This document shows positions 23,744 through 35,055 of a stretch of 64,000 bases of DNA, one piece after another (within the stretch, counting starts at the first letter, position 1; every line of letters begins with the position of its first letter). The translations under genes were made by a program, and so were the position numbers. The stretch comes from Cetorhinus maximus (lineage: Eukaryota), in the NCBI RefSeq assembly GCF_964194155.1, contig NC_135902.1, forward strand, positions 52,328,001 through 52,392,000, in the 5' to 3' direction. The notes below the pieces were generated by a model, which saw only the letters and a list, made by a program, of their open reading frames with translations, was not told the origin of the DNA and did no database searches.

Positions 23744-24582
23744 CTGGTGTAAAAGAACAGAAAACAATACCCTTATTTTCATGGAACAAAACAAGGCTGC
23801 ATATGTAGTGATGTCATGAGTATCAGCCAGCTTGGAGATGATTGCAATTCCCCTGTCAATCATGCCTGGAGACAGCTGTGCAGTCAGTAACTGGGATTGA
23901 TTCCACGCACATAATTTGTTTAATGTAACTATCCTCCAACTCACTGCATTTACTGGAGAAATAATCCTGCTTTTATTGGAAGGCTATGTTGTAGTTTCAG
24001 GATGGGTTCTGTTTGCTGCAGTTCATAGAGACTCTGCTTCAATGGGCTGTTCGTTGTAAAATAGACTGTTTGCTGCGAGTCCAGCCACAAGTCCCACCAA
24101 TGTTTGACTTATTGGCCAACACAGTGGCGTCAATACTCACTTTGATAAAATAAGGTAATCTTATGTGAGTTTTAAAAGCTCAATGCGAGGCTTGGTGAAA
24201 GCACTTCATATTTCAACATATGGCCTTGGATGGTTGGTGAAAACAACAGCCTTAACTGGGCGGTTAGCAGCATCTGGTTATGTTCTGGATCCCCCATTAT
24301 CTGTCATAATGGAGGGGACTGCGCTCCACTTCCCCACCAGGCTTACACTGGAAACTAATCAAGAATTCCCCAATTTCAGGGGTCAATGCCAATGAATGAA
24401 TATCCTAGCATGTGAATGAAGACAAATACATCATAAACGAAAGACGATGTAACTTTAATCACCAAACAGCAATTACGGAATGCAAACAATAAATGAAGCT
24501 AGGCAGTGTCCCACACATTTTGCTTTTATCTTAGTGTCCCACACATGCTTTGTTCTGGATTAACTCTGGTTTGTGATAGGGA

Positions 24583-24825
24583 TCAAAAACAGAAAATGCT
24601 GGGAAAACTCAGCAGGTCTAACAGCATCTGTGGAGAGGGAAAAAAAAAGAGTTAACGTTTCAAGTCCTTATGGCTTCTTCAGAGCTCTGAAGAAAAGTCA
24701 TAAAGACTCATAACGTTAACTCTGTGTTTCTTTCTCTCCACAGATGCTGTTAGGCCTGCTAAGTTTTTCCAGCATTTTCTGTTTTTGTTTCAGATTTCCA
24801 GCATCTGCAGTATTTTGCTTTTATC
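24583..24825. mobile_element. Palindromic Penelope-like-derived repeat
   Basis: Inverted arms centred on the perfect palindrome TTCTTCAGAGCTCTGAAGAA (24675-24694). Confidence 0.85.
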
Positions 24826-25854
24826 TATGTAATCAGGATGGTAAATGATAGGTAGGGAGTGGATACCAGTAACTGATATTCGACTTACGAGAAGATTTTA
24901 AAAGGCAAGAGTCATTTCCTTGTGCTACTCACAAAGCCAAAGTAGAGGTGCCAGAGGTGGGTTTGCTGGTTATTCGCTATCTATAGTTAATGCAACGCTT
25001 GAGGAGACTCTGGGAAAACAGATATTGTACCCATATTTGAAACCACCAGGGATGCCCTTTCCAGATGACTATTCTGAAAATAAGGCATTGCATCTATCAC
25101 ATGACTCCCATTCTATGGTTAATAGTATCATCTGCAATAGTATGCTGAATAATTCCTGCCTGAGCTTTGAAGCAGTTTTGTAAACAGGTTACACAAATCA
25201 GTTAAATCCTGTAAGTCACCCGAGAGATAACTTGTCATTTTCTATCACAGGATTTCTTACTGCACGTGGTACGATGGAGAGAATGAAGTTTAACTTCTTC
25301 AAACCAACAATGGGATGAGTGAGGAGAACGTAGGGAAGCCACAAATTGATTTATTTCTGTCACAGTTTACAGAGTCAGATATTATGACCAAAATAGTTGT
25401 AAACACATGGAGAGAGCGTACTCATCCTCACAGCATGGATATAAACTGGTTATCTATATTTTAAATTGCAGCTTGTGTGTAGGCTTTCAAATATATTTCA
25501 TGGGTCCCACTTTTTGAACTGAGAATTTTCTGACACTCAGGTGAAGGACTGAAGAGCTAAATGTGCCCATAAGACTATACCTCAGCACCAGTCAGTCAAT
25601 GCCTGCAGGAAAGGTGAGAAAGCGGGAGATGAGAATTCTGTAATACTCAGAAATAAGTAACAAGAACATAGAATGATAAAGTTGATATATCACAGGAGGT
25701 TGCCATTTGGCCTGTCGAGTTCATGCTGGCTCTCTGTAAGAGCAATTCAGCAAGTTCCAATCTCCCGCCTTTTCCCTGTAACCCTGCAAACCTTTTATCT
25801 CCAGGTAATTATCCAATTCCCTTTTGAAAGCCACAATTGAATCTGCATCCACCA

Positions 25855-26668
25855 GGAGGGAGACAGAAAATAAACTATAGGCCAGTTAGCCCAACATCTG
25901 CCATAGGTAGAATGCTGAAATCCATTATTAAGGAAGTAGTAGCAAAACATTTAGAAAATCATAATAAAAACCATGTTGAGTCTACTTGATTGTATGAAAG
26001 GGAAATCGTGTTTGACAAATTTATTTAAGTACTTTGAGGATGAGTGTGGATAAAGGAGAACCAACGTTATAGTGTATTTGGATTCCCAAAAGGCATTAGA
26101 TAAGGTGCTACCATAAAAAAGTAAGAGTGCATAGTGTTGGGGGTAGAGGATTGGTTAGCTAACAAAACTGATCAACAGAAAAGAGTCAGGATAAATGGAT
26201 CAATTTTCAGGTTGACAAACTATAACTAGTGGAGCGCCACAGGGACCCGGGCTGGGCCCTCAACTATCTACAATTTATAATAAAACTTGAATGAAGGGAT
26301 TGAGCGTATTGTAATTAAATTTGTTGACGATACAAAGATAGGTGGAAAAGCAAGGAGGACACAGGGTCCACAAAGGAATGTAGGTAGGTTAAGTAAGTGG
26401 GTAAAAAATTAGCAGATGGAGTATAATGCAGGAAAACAGGAGGTTATTCACTTCAGTAGGAAGAATAGAAAAACGGAGAGGGTTACAGAATGCTGTGGTA
26501 CAGCGGGATCTGAGTGCCCTCATACATGAATCACAAAAAAGTTAGTATTCAGGGACAGCAAGTAACTAGGAAGGCAAATAGAATGTTGGCCTTTATAGCA
26601 AGGGGGATGGAATATAAAGTTGGGAAGTCTTTCTACAACTGTACAGGGCATTGGTGAGACCACATCTA
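25855..26668 (+). mobile_element. CR1-clade LINE reverse transcriptase fragment (degraded)
   Basis: Remnants of NYRPVS, YLDFQKAFDKV, SGVPQGS.LGP and KFADDTK motifs, with frameshifts. Confidence 0.9.
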
Positions 26669-27252
26669 GGGGAGAATTTTCTCCACGTCAGGGGGGTTGG
26701 ACGGGAGCGGGCGGGCGTGCAGCAAATTGCCGCCCACGATCGGCTGTGCGCCCCCAATTTACGTGGGCGGGCCAATTAAGGCCGGCCCAGCGTGATGCGC
26801 ACCTGGAAACGCTGAGTGCTCCCTGTGCAGGCTGGGGGGAGTAGGCTGAGTCAGGGCCTGTGAGGAACGTAGAAATCTCCCTGAGGCAAAGAGCTGCCTC
26901 AGGGAGATTAGTTTGATTTTTAAAAATTTTAATAAAAGACAGAAAAAAATTAAGACATGTCCCCTCATGTGACAGTGTCACATGAGCTGGGACATTTCAA
27001 TGAATTTTATTGAAAAATTTTCTTAAACTTTAAAAATCTTCATGAAACCTCAACCTGCCCATGGATGAGGTTTCATGACAAATGTGAAGGCTACTTGGGC
27101 TCTTCGCCTACCCGCCAACCTTAAGGTTGGACGGGCAGCTCAGTTAAGCATTTTAATTGATATTTAAATGGCCTTAATAGGCCTTTGACAGTTCGGTGGG
27201 TGCACAGCCGACTCCAGTGCGCACCCGCTGGCCGAACTGAATATCTAGACCC
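26669..27252 (-). mobile_element. GC-rich MITE-like element, family A (between two CR1 fragments)
   Basis: Starts GGGGAGAATTTT; internal ATGAAACCTCA...TGAGGTTTCAT palindrome. Confidence 0.85.
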
Positions 27253-27790
27253 TTAATGATTTTGAACAGCTCAATTAAATCTCCTCTTAACCTTCTCTTC
27301 TCTAAAGAGAACAATCCCAGCTTCCCCAATTTATCCTTGTAACTCAAGTCCCTCATCCCTGGAATCAGCCTCGTAAACCTTTCCTACACCCTCTCTTCAC
27401 ATCCTTCATAAAATGTGGTGCCCAGAATTGGACCCAATTCCCCTGTTGATGCCAAACCAGTATTTCATAACTGTTCATCATAACTTCCTTGCTTTTGTAT
27501 TCCATTGCTCTTTTTATAAAGCCCGAGATCCTGTATGTCCTTTTAGCCACTTGCTTAACCTGCCCTGCCACCGTCAATGCTTTGTGTACATATACTCCCA
27601 GGTCTCTCTGTTCCGGCACCCACTTTAGAATTGCACTGTTTATTTTACATTGCTTCTCCTAGTTTTTCCTACCCTACAAAAATGTATCACTTCACATTTT
27701 GACATTAAATTTCATCGGTCACATGTCAGCCCATTCAGCCAGCCTGCCTATGTCCCCTTTAAGTTCATCACTATCCCCCTCAGTTCACAA
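27253..27790 (-). mobile_element. CR1 LINE 3' fragment
   Basis: QRDLGVYVH, VQFWAPH and LGLFSLEKRRLRGDLIE in the ORF track. Confidence 0.9.
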
Positions 27791-28073
27791 TACTTCCATG
27801 TTTTGTGCCATGAGCATTTGCATAGCACTTTCATGAACTCAGGAAGTCCCAAAGCATTTTACAGCCTATGAGCTACTTTTTGAAGTGTAATTATTGTTGT
27901 AATAGCAATATGCCGTCAAATTGTGCATCGCAAGGTCCTACAAACAGCAATGAGATAATAACCTGAGGAGCTATTTTGTTCTGTGTTAGTTTATTGGCCA
28001 GGGACACTTGAGAACTTAAGATGTTTCATTACAAACTACAACAAACAAACAAAAAAAAACTGAAGAAACTTAC

Positions 28074-28138
28074 TGACGATGGCACTTTAAAGCAGATTTC
28101 TTCGAAGCAGCACTCAAACATTAAACTGAAGTTGGGAT
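28074..28138 (-). CDS. ATAD5: ATAD5 coding exon 18
   Basis: ccttag|AT. DPNFSLMFECCFEEICFKVPSS|gtaagt. Confidence 0.94.
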
Positions 28139-28699
28139 CTAAGGATCAATAACAAACACAAGGGCTGATAACCATTCAATTTTTAAAAGTGTAATATTTC
28201 AACAGAGGTGTACACACGTGACAAAGCACCAACCAGCTGTCAATGGAACTTCCCCATGTTGCTGACTGGCTGCAGGTGGCATATGACAGCAAACAGACCA
28301 GGTACAGATGGCACAATGTTACAACTGGGAGACGCATCAAGACCATTATTTTAAAAAGTAGAACAACCCATTTTAGGGCAACTACTAGATTGTAGTTTGG
28401 TAGAACAGAGACACGTGCCCACAAGTTTCCACTCAGATTCCCCATCTCAAGTTGGGAAGAATTTACTAAATGTGTGATGGTTTCTCTCACTCTGACTGCT
28501 CACCATTGTATTGATCAGGGTTCCGTATTAGTGCTAACCCTGCCTCAGTACTAATTTAGATTATAATTCCCTCTGTCCTCATCTCAATCTAATTCCATAT
28601 TATTCACATTGTAATACAGGATTTTTAAGCTGAACAGTGACAGGATCTCAGTTTAAAACGTCATGAAAAAGATGATGCGATACAACCCCACTTCAGTAC

Positions 28700-29045
28700 T
28701 CAATCTTTTCTTCAGGGTTGATGTCCATGTTCCCATCTACTCTACTAAAGCTCCTTATGATTTGGAACACAACTATCAAGTCTCCCCTAAACCTTCTCTG
28801 TAGTAAAGGAGAATGCTCTCAGCTTCTCCAATCTCCCCACTGGGCTGAAGCCCCTCATTCTGGCTACTATGCTCCTAAATCTCTTCTACGCCTTCTCCAA
28901 GACCGTGACATCCTTTTATTGTGGTGCCCAGAATTGGCCACAATATTCCAAGATCAAAGATTTATAAAAGGTTTAGCATCAACTTTCTTGCTTTTATACT
29001 CCATGCCTCAACTGATAAAGTCAAGGGTCCCATATTCCTCAACAT
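28700..29045 (-). mobile_element. CR1 LINE fragment
   Basis: Decayed QFWAP and LRGDLI motifs. Confidence 0.75.
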
Positions 29046-29327
29046 TTTGATCTACTGTAAAAAGATATTAGTTTCAATGCTCAAAGATCCTCGAATCCTC
29101 AGGTGGAGAAATAAAGGAATAACCTTTAAGTTTTTAGTAACCGCATGCAAATAACTGGTGTGTGTGTGTGTGTGTGAAGAGATAGATGGAATACAAAGTA
29201 ACTAATTATTGCAGGCAGAAAGACATGGAAATTCCCCAACCATTGCTATCTGACTGTTAATCACTCAGCACAAGGAAATGAAGCCGTGTGATCTAAGCTT
29301 TAAATAGAATGCATCACAGATACTTAC

Positions 29328-29421
29328 CAGTGGTGGTGAGTATAACTGGCCGCTTCGCTGTTGCCATGAAGGTCTTAACTGCATTTAGAAATCCAGCATC
29401 ATCATCAAATATTACATCTAC
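29328..29421 (-). CDS. ATAD5: ATAD5 coding exon 17
   Basis: VDVIFDDDAGFLNAVKTFMATAKRPVILTTT. Donor G|gtaagt. Confidence 0.96.
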
Positions 29422-29999
29422 CTGTTAGAAAAAAAACAGAATGAGCAGCATGACCATCACTAAAAGCAACAAGCAGTAGAGAGCTTGGCGAGTTGTGCAG
29501 TGGGTAGAAACTACGATGCAGTGTCTCACTCTTAGAAATGACCAGGTTCATTCTGAGGTCCTGTACTGTACAGTAGGTTGAAATTGATAGGGAGATTGCA
29601 TATACACAGAAACGTGTGTGTTTAAGTGTAGAAGTACATGCTTATGCACAAATGCACACAGAATTGTTACAGTGCAGAAGGCGGCCATTTGGCCTATCAT
29701 GTCTGCACCAGCTCTTCGAATGAGCAATTCACCTAGTGCCTAGTTTCATTTAAACCAGGACCATGCAAGCTTTCCTTCTTTGCATCCACTTAGGCGCACT
29801 GAAAGTAAACTCACAGGCCACATGTAAAGTCTAAATCGATGTCCTCATTAACTCACATGGATCTCGAGCAGCGGATACCAACAGGTCATGGAGTTTTGAT
29901 TTAGGATGTATGCAGTAATACAACAAGTGTTAAGAACAGCCTCTCTGAAACTCAAAATTCAATTCGGACAAACCAACGTGTGAAGGGAAAGGCCTTCAC

Positions 30000-30365
30000 T
30001 GGAACAGGAGGAGGCTATTCAGCCTCTCAAGGCTGTCAATTAGATCATGGCTGTTCTACATCCTCATCAACTTGCTTTGGTTCTGTAATCCTTAATACCT
30101 TTGTCTAACAAAACCCATCAATCTTGGTTTTGAAATTTTCAGCTGATCTCCAGCCTCAGCATTTTTGGGAAAAAGAAAAAAGGAGTTCCAGATTTCCACC
30201 ATCCTTTGTGTGAAGAGGTGCTTCCGACATCATCCTTGAATGGCTTAGCTCTAATTTTAACATTACGCCCTCTTGTTCTGGACTCTCCCAGCAGAGGAAA
30301 TAGTTTCTCTTTATTCAATCTATTAAACACCAGAATTAGATCGTCCCTTCATCTTCTAGACTCAA
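30000..30365 (-). mobile_element. CR1 LINE 3' fragment
   Basis: 'EKLFPLLGESRTRG' and 3' UTR. Confidence 0.8.
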
Positions 30366-30369
30366 GAGC

Positions 30370-31150
30370 CCGGGATTACCCAAACTTGGACATCTGTGTG
30401 ACCACTGCTGCAGTTGGGACATCTCCACTGCAGATCTTTAGCACGTCTAGTTTTATGGAGTGTAATTTCATTTCCTACGTATGCAAAGGAAAACTGTCAA
30501 AAGAATTCAGGTATGATACCCAAGGGTGCTGGATTTTGGACATGAGGCCATGTGGGATTTCGGATTTTCCCAGATTTTGGACGTCCCACCTGGCGTGTTG
30601 TTCGGAGTTGACACGTTTTGTTATCATGCAATAGGTTCAGTCACAGAGAGTTCAATATGTCAAGTTTATATCCAGTTCTCATGCAACATCGATCTTCAGT
30701 TAGCAGTTTGATGTATGTCTGGCTTTTTACATTTTGAGAGCATGTTGCTAAACAGAATCAGATATATAGTGAGCGTTGATAAGCTCCTCATGGTCCAAGC
30801 TAGAGCCAATCCAGGATGGGGTTCCCAGAATCCAGTCATCTGTGCAATGTCTGACCAGCATGCCATTTCAAAAATGTCCGGTTACTGAAATTGCTTTACT
30901 CAAATCGATGTATTTTCTTCTTTGTGGACAGTCATGGTCGAAGGTACTCTCAAGATAACCTAATGTACGACAGCATGTCAATTAGCAGCCTTTTAGCATG
31001 GCTGCTCCGGTTCAAGACTGGCAAGCATTTTTCAAGCAGACAAAAACCAGTGTGCAATGGCTCAAACAATAAAGTTCTCTGCTACAAAAATGTCCATTTC
31101 TGGACAATTCCAGTTTTCAGACAGCCGTATTTTAGGTATTGTACCTGCAA
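30370..31150 (+). mobile_element. Decayed pogo/Tigger-like DNA transposon remnant
   Basis: Repeated GGATTTTGGAC subterminal motifs, ...GTACCTG end, and a residual 'AWLLRFK' resembling the CENP-B-type HTH 'GWLxRFK'. Confidence 0.4.
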
Positions 31151-32089
31151 TGATTTTGCCAGGTAATTTTAATTCCCGTACCTGTTCTATTCTTTTAGTC
31201 ATTTTACTTGTTGTATCAAGTTGCGTAAAAACTAGCAATGGAATGTAAACTGGATTGGGATGACTGAAAGTGTGTGTGTGTCATCTGGTTACAATATACA
31301 CAATACAGTGGCGCACAACAGCTCATTAAAAAACAGTTGTTAACCTAACAGCTTTGCGATCTGCACTCTGGGAAATGTTGGGCCGTTCAGCATTGCAATT
31401 ACTTGCAAGAGAAAGAACCTTCCTCAATGATTCTATTATTCATAGAGCCTAGGAGTTTGGACGCTGCTAAAACATGGATACATTATGTCCATCACAAAAC
31501 TCAAACATTAGCACCTGAAGAGGCCTTTTTCACATCAAATGAAGAGCACACTGATTACCAAAAATGCTGAGTCGCTACAGTTCATGAGGTGAAAGACATT
31601 GAAGCATCACTGGTCGGTTACTATCACACCTAGGCAAAAAACACTCAAAACTAACGACTTTCATTTATAAAGTATCTTTTAACATAGTAAAGCATCTTGA
31701 GGCATTTCATAGGAGCATTATCAAGAATAATGTGACAGAGCCACAAAAGTAAATATTAAGGCAAGTAAAATATTTGGTCACAAAAGTAGGTTTTAATGAG
31801 CGTCTTAAGGGAGAGGTAGAGGAACGGAGAGGTTTCGGGAAGGAATTCCTGAGCTTAGGGCCTAGACAGCTGAACACAATGAAGACATCAGTTTTAACAA
31901 AGCAGTATTACATTTAAACCAATAACTCCAAACTTCTGCAATTTATTGAAATGCTTTACTCATCTGACAGGGAGAACTATCGTTGGAAAAGATAGAAGAG
32001 GTGCCGTGCATGGAGATTTTATCTTTTTATTCTTTTTACCAGTTATGCATTCAGGTGGGCTTGACTGTAGTGAATGTTTGCAAACATAC

Positions 32090-32235
32090 CTCCTCAAACA
32101 GGATGAGTGACGTGGCACTTTTTCTGCTGGATTCTTCAGAGCCTGTGTCTTTGCTCCCAGACACGGAGGGAACCCTAGTTACATCTGTAACCTGGGGGCT
32201 GCTTTTCTGGGCCTTATAATTCTTCCGTGGTTTGT
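32090..32235 (-). CDS. ATAD5: ATAD5 coding exon 16 (start of Walker B)
   Basis: ...EESSRKSATSLILFEE|gtatgt. Confidence 0.94.
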
Positions 32236-32713
32236 CTAAAAAGAGCAGGGAAATCTTCAGCAACTTTCCTCTAATTCTCAGTTTCATCACCAAGTATAGT
32301 TTGAAGTCTGGCCAGATTTCTTTTATGCACAACTCTCAAAAAATAATGCTAGACATTTAGTAGCTTAAGCAACAACACTGTGTGTGAAAACTGGTTTTCC
32401 TGTTTAAAAAAAAAGTTGCCATTTTTACAAAAGCAACAACTTCCATTTATGTAGCACCTTTAAAGTAGTAAGAGATTCAAATGCACTTCACAGGAGTATT
32501 TGCAATCACGATCTCCCACATTCCCACAGAGGGTCAGGCAGCTTCCCCCACAGGAATTTGGGAAATATTTCTAGGGTGGGACTTTGAAATCCTGTGTCAC
32601 AGAGCGACACCACCTGTGATTTCCAAACACAACAAAGTTCCAATTGAGGCCATGCTGCGCGGAGTTACGCTGCATTACTTGATGGGTGCTGGCAGAGTCG
32701 AGAAGGCACATAC

Positions 32714-32890
32714 CATTCATCTCCTTATCTTCAAGTTTTTCTGTTTCTTCACTTCTGTTAGGTTTCGACGGGCCTCTGAAGAAATTGGCTAAAGACATGG
32801 GCGTTAGGTTCTTCTTTGAGCCCCTTCCCTTCGGGGACTGGGGTGCCTTCCTGGGCGACAAGACCACTTTTCTCGGAGAGTTTGCTTTCT
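32714..32890 (-). CDS. ATAD5: ATAD5 coding exon 15
   Basis: ccacag|AG...G|gtatgt. KANSPRKVVLSPRKAPQSPK...SLANFF. Confidence 0.93.
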
Positions 32891-32973
32891 CTGTGGAAAC
32901 AAGGGTCAAATCATTTTAACAGCCAAAAGAAACGATTCAGCTTGCTCCCGTAAATGGGCCCAATGGAGCTATA

Positions 32974-33668
32974 GGGCAGAATTTTGCCCTTGGATGGCGG
33001 GCAGGCCCCACCGGCTCGGCAGCGGGCGGACAGCTGACCCCCACCACCGAAATGGGGCCCGCTGCCATTAAGGCCCGCCCAGCGGCCTGCCCGACAGGAA
33101 GCGCTATACGCTTCCTGTGCAGGGGGTGGAGGAGGGATTCCCCAGCTGTCAAAGTGCGCTTTCTCGTGCATGCGCACAAAAGAGCGCACTGCTCCCTGAG
33201 ACCAAGTGCTATCTCAGGGAGATCACTGACAGGTAAAAAAAAACACCAAAAATAGAAAAAGATTAAAATTATTAACATGTCCCCCTCATGTGACAATGTC
33301 ACACGAGATGGGACATGTTAATAAGAAACACATTAACTTTATGAAACTTTTAAAAAACGGACATGAAACCTCATCCCGCCAGTGGATGAGGTTTCATGTT
33401 TTATCAGAAGCCCGCTGGGGCTCCTGGCCTGCCCGCCAGCCTTAAGGTTGGACAGGAAGGTCTTTAATTATCTTAATTAGCCTGTCAATGGCCTTAATTG
33501 GCCATTGACAGGTTGGCGAGTGGACAGCTGATTTCGCTGTCCGCCCGCCTTCCTGAAAATTTAAAGGGACCGGGATGACGTCGGGGGTTCCTCCCGAGAT
33601 CATCCCGCGTCATTTTCCTGTCGGCAAGCGGGCCCCGCCCCCAAATCGCCGACGGGAAAATCCTGGCC
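32974..33668 (-). mobile_element. GC-rich MITE-like element, family A, full length, 3-bp ATA duplication (PIF/Harbinger-like by inference)
   Basis: ata|GGGCAGAATTTT...AAAATCCTGGCC|ata; internal AACGGACATGAAACCTCATCC...GGATGAGGTTTCATGT palindrome. Confidence 0.88.
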
Positions 33669-34236
33669 ATAATTTGCACACATACAGAATGGTTTCTCAT
33701 TTCAACCATGTTATGATATGCTGTTGTGAACTCAGGAAATTCTCGGATTCCAATACATCTGACTGAACTTGGCCTGGTTAGGTCATGTTTAACGGTGCAG
33801 GCAACTACACAGGATCTATAAAGCGAGGGGTCAATGGCACAGCCATGATGAGCTGAATAATTTAATGATTACTTCAAAGTAAAAGAGCCTTAAAATTGCT
33901 TGCAAGCCAACAGCTTAAGTAAACTGACCTGAGGAAAGTGTTCATTGGTGATATCATTTTAGTTGCAGAGCTACAGAATTATGCAGCAGAAAAGGACGCC
34001 ATTCAGCCCATTGCAGGCTCTTTAAAATACTTATCTAATTAGTCCCCACTCCCTTGCTCTTTTCCCAGAGCTCTGTAATATTTTTCCCCTTAAAGTATTT
34101 AACCAATTTCCATTTAGAATGAATCTACCCAAGGAGCCCATTGCATTCCAGATCATCATAACTTGCTATGTAAAATTAAAACAAATTGTACAAAATAGGG
34201 AATTTGATGGCAGGAGCACTAAGACTTTGTACTTAC

Positions 34237-34402
34237 TCGGAGATTTGGCTGTTTGAGAAGGCAAAATCTTGTTGCTGTTGAAGAAGGCAGGCTTGAGGGC
34301 ATTCGCTCCCTGTTTATCAACTTGGTGAGACTGAGTGGCTTCTTTCAGTTGAGAGAGGATCTGTCTGCCACTTCGCTGTGAGGAAGCATTTACTTCAAAT
34401 AC
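34237..34402 (-). CDS. ATAD5: ATAD5 coding exon 14
   Basis: VFEVNASSQRSGRQILSQLKEATQSHQVDKQG. Donor A|gtaagt. Confidence 0.96.
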
Positions 34403-34483
34403 CTAAAAACATAAACACTCATGTAAGTGACATTCAACACCCAGTCTTGCAGCTTATTCCAACATCCTACAACAAAACATCAA

Positions 34484-35055
34484 GGAAAGAATTTTCTCGT
34501 CGGCAAGCGGGGGCGTGCATCCCGACGTCACCGCTTGTCATTTAGATTTTCAGTTCGGCGGGCGCGCAGTCGAGTCGGCTGCACACCTGCCGAGCTGTAA
34601 AAGGCCTATTAAAAACTAATTGTTATAATTAAATGAGCTGCCCATCCAACCTTAAGGCTGGCGGGCAAGCATGGAGCGCAGGCGGCCTTCGCATTTTTCA
34701 TGGAACCTCATCCATGGGCGGGATGAGGTTTCATGAAGTGTTTAAAAATTCAATAAAAATTATTTTAAAAGTTCACTGACATGTCCCAGCTCATCTGACA
34801 CTGTCACATGGGGAGACATGTTTTAAAAGTTTTTAATTACTTTATTCAGATGTTTAAAAGAGGTGCCTCATGGAGATTTCTGCGCTTGCGCGAAAGTATG
34901 TGGCCCAGACTCAGGGAACACCCCCCCCCGCCCACACAGGGAGCACTCAGCGCTTCTGGGCGAGCGTCAGGATGGTCGGGCCTTAATTGGCTTGCCCACA
35001 TAAAATGGCGGTGCGGACCTGATCGGGTTTGCACTTGCTCCTGCCCGCCCCCCAT
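34484..35055 (+). mobile_element. GC-rich MITE-like element, family A
   Basis: Reverse-complement homolog of 32974-33668; right end degraded. Confidence 0.85.

Noticed and set aside
25261-25356. Possible decayed duplicate of exon 18 or cryptic exon (CWFEEV vs CCFEEI; GCA|gtaaga donor)
   Set aside because: The similarity is too short to exclude chance, the acceptor lacks a pyrimidine tract, and there is an immediate stop.
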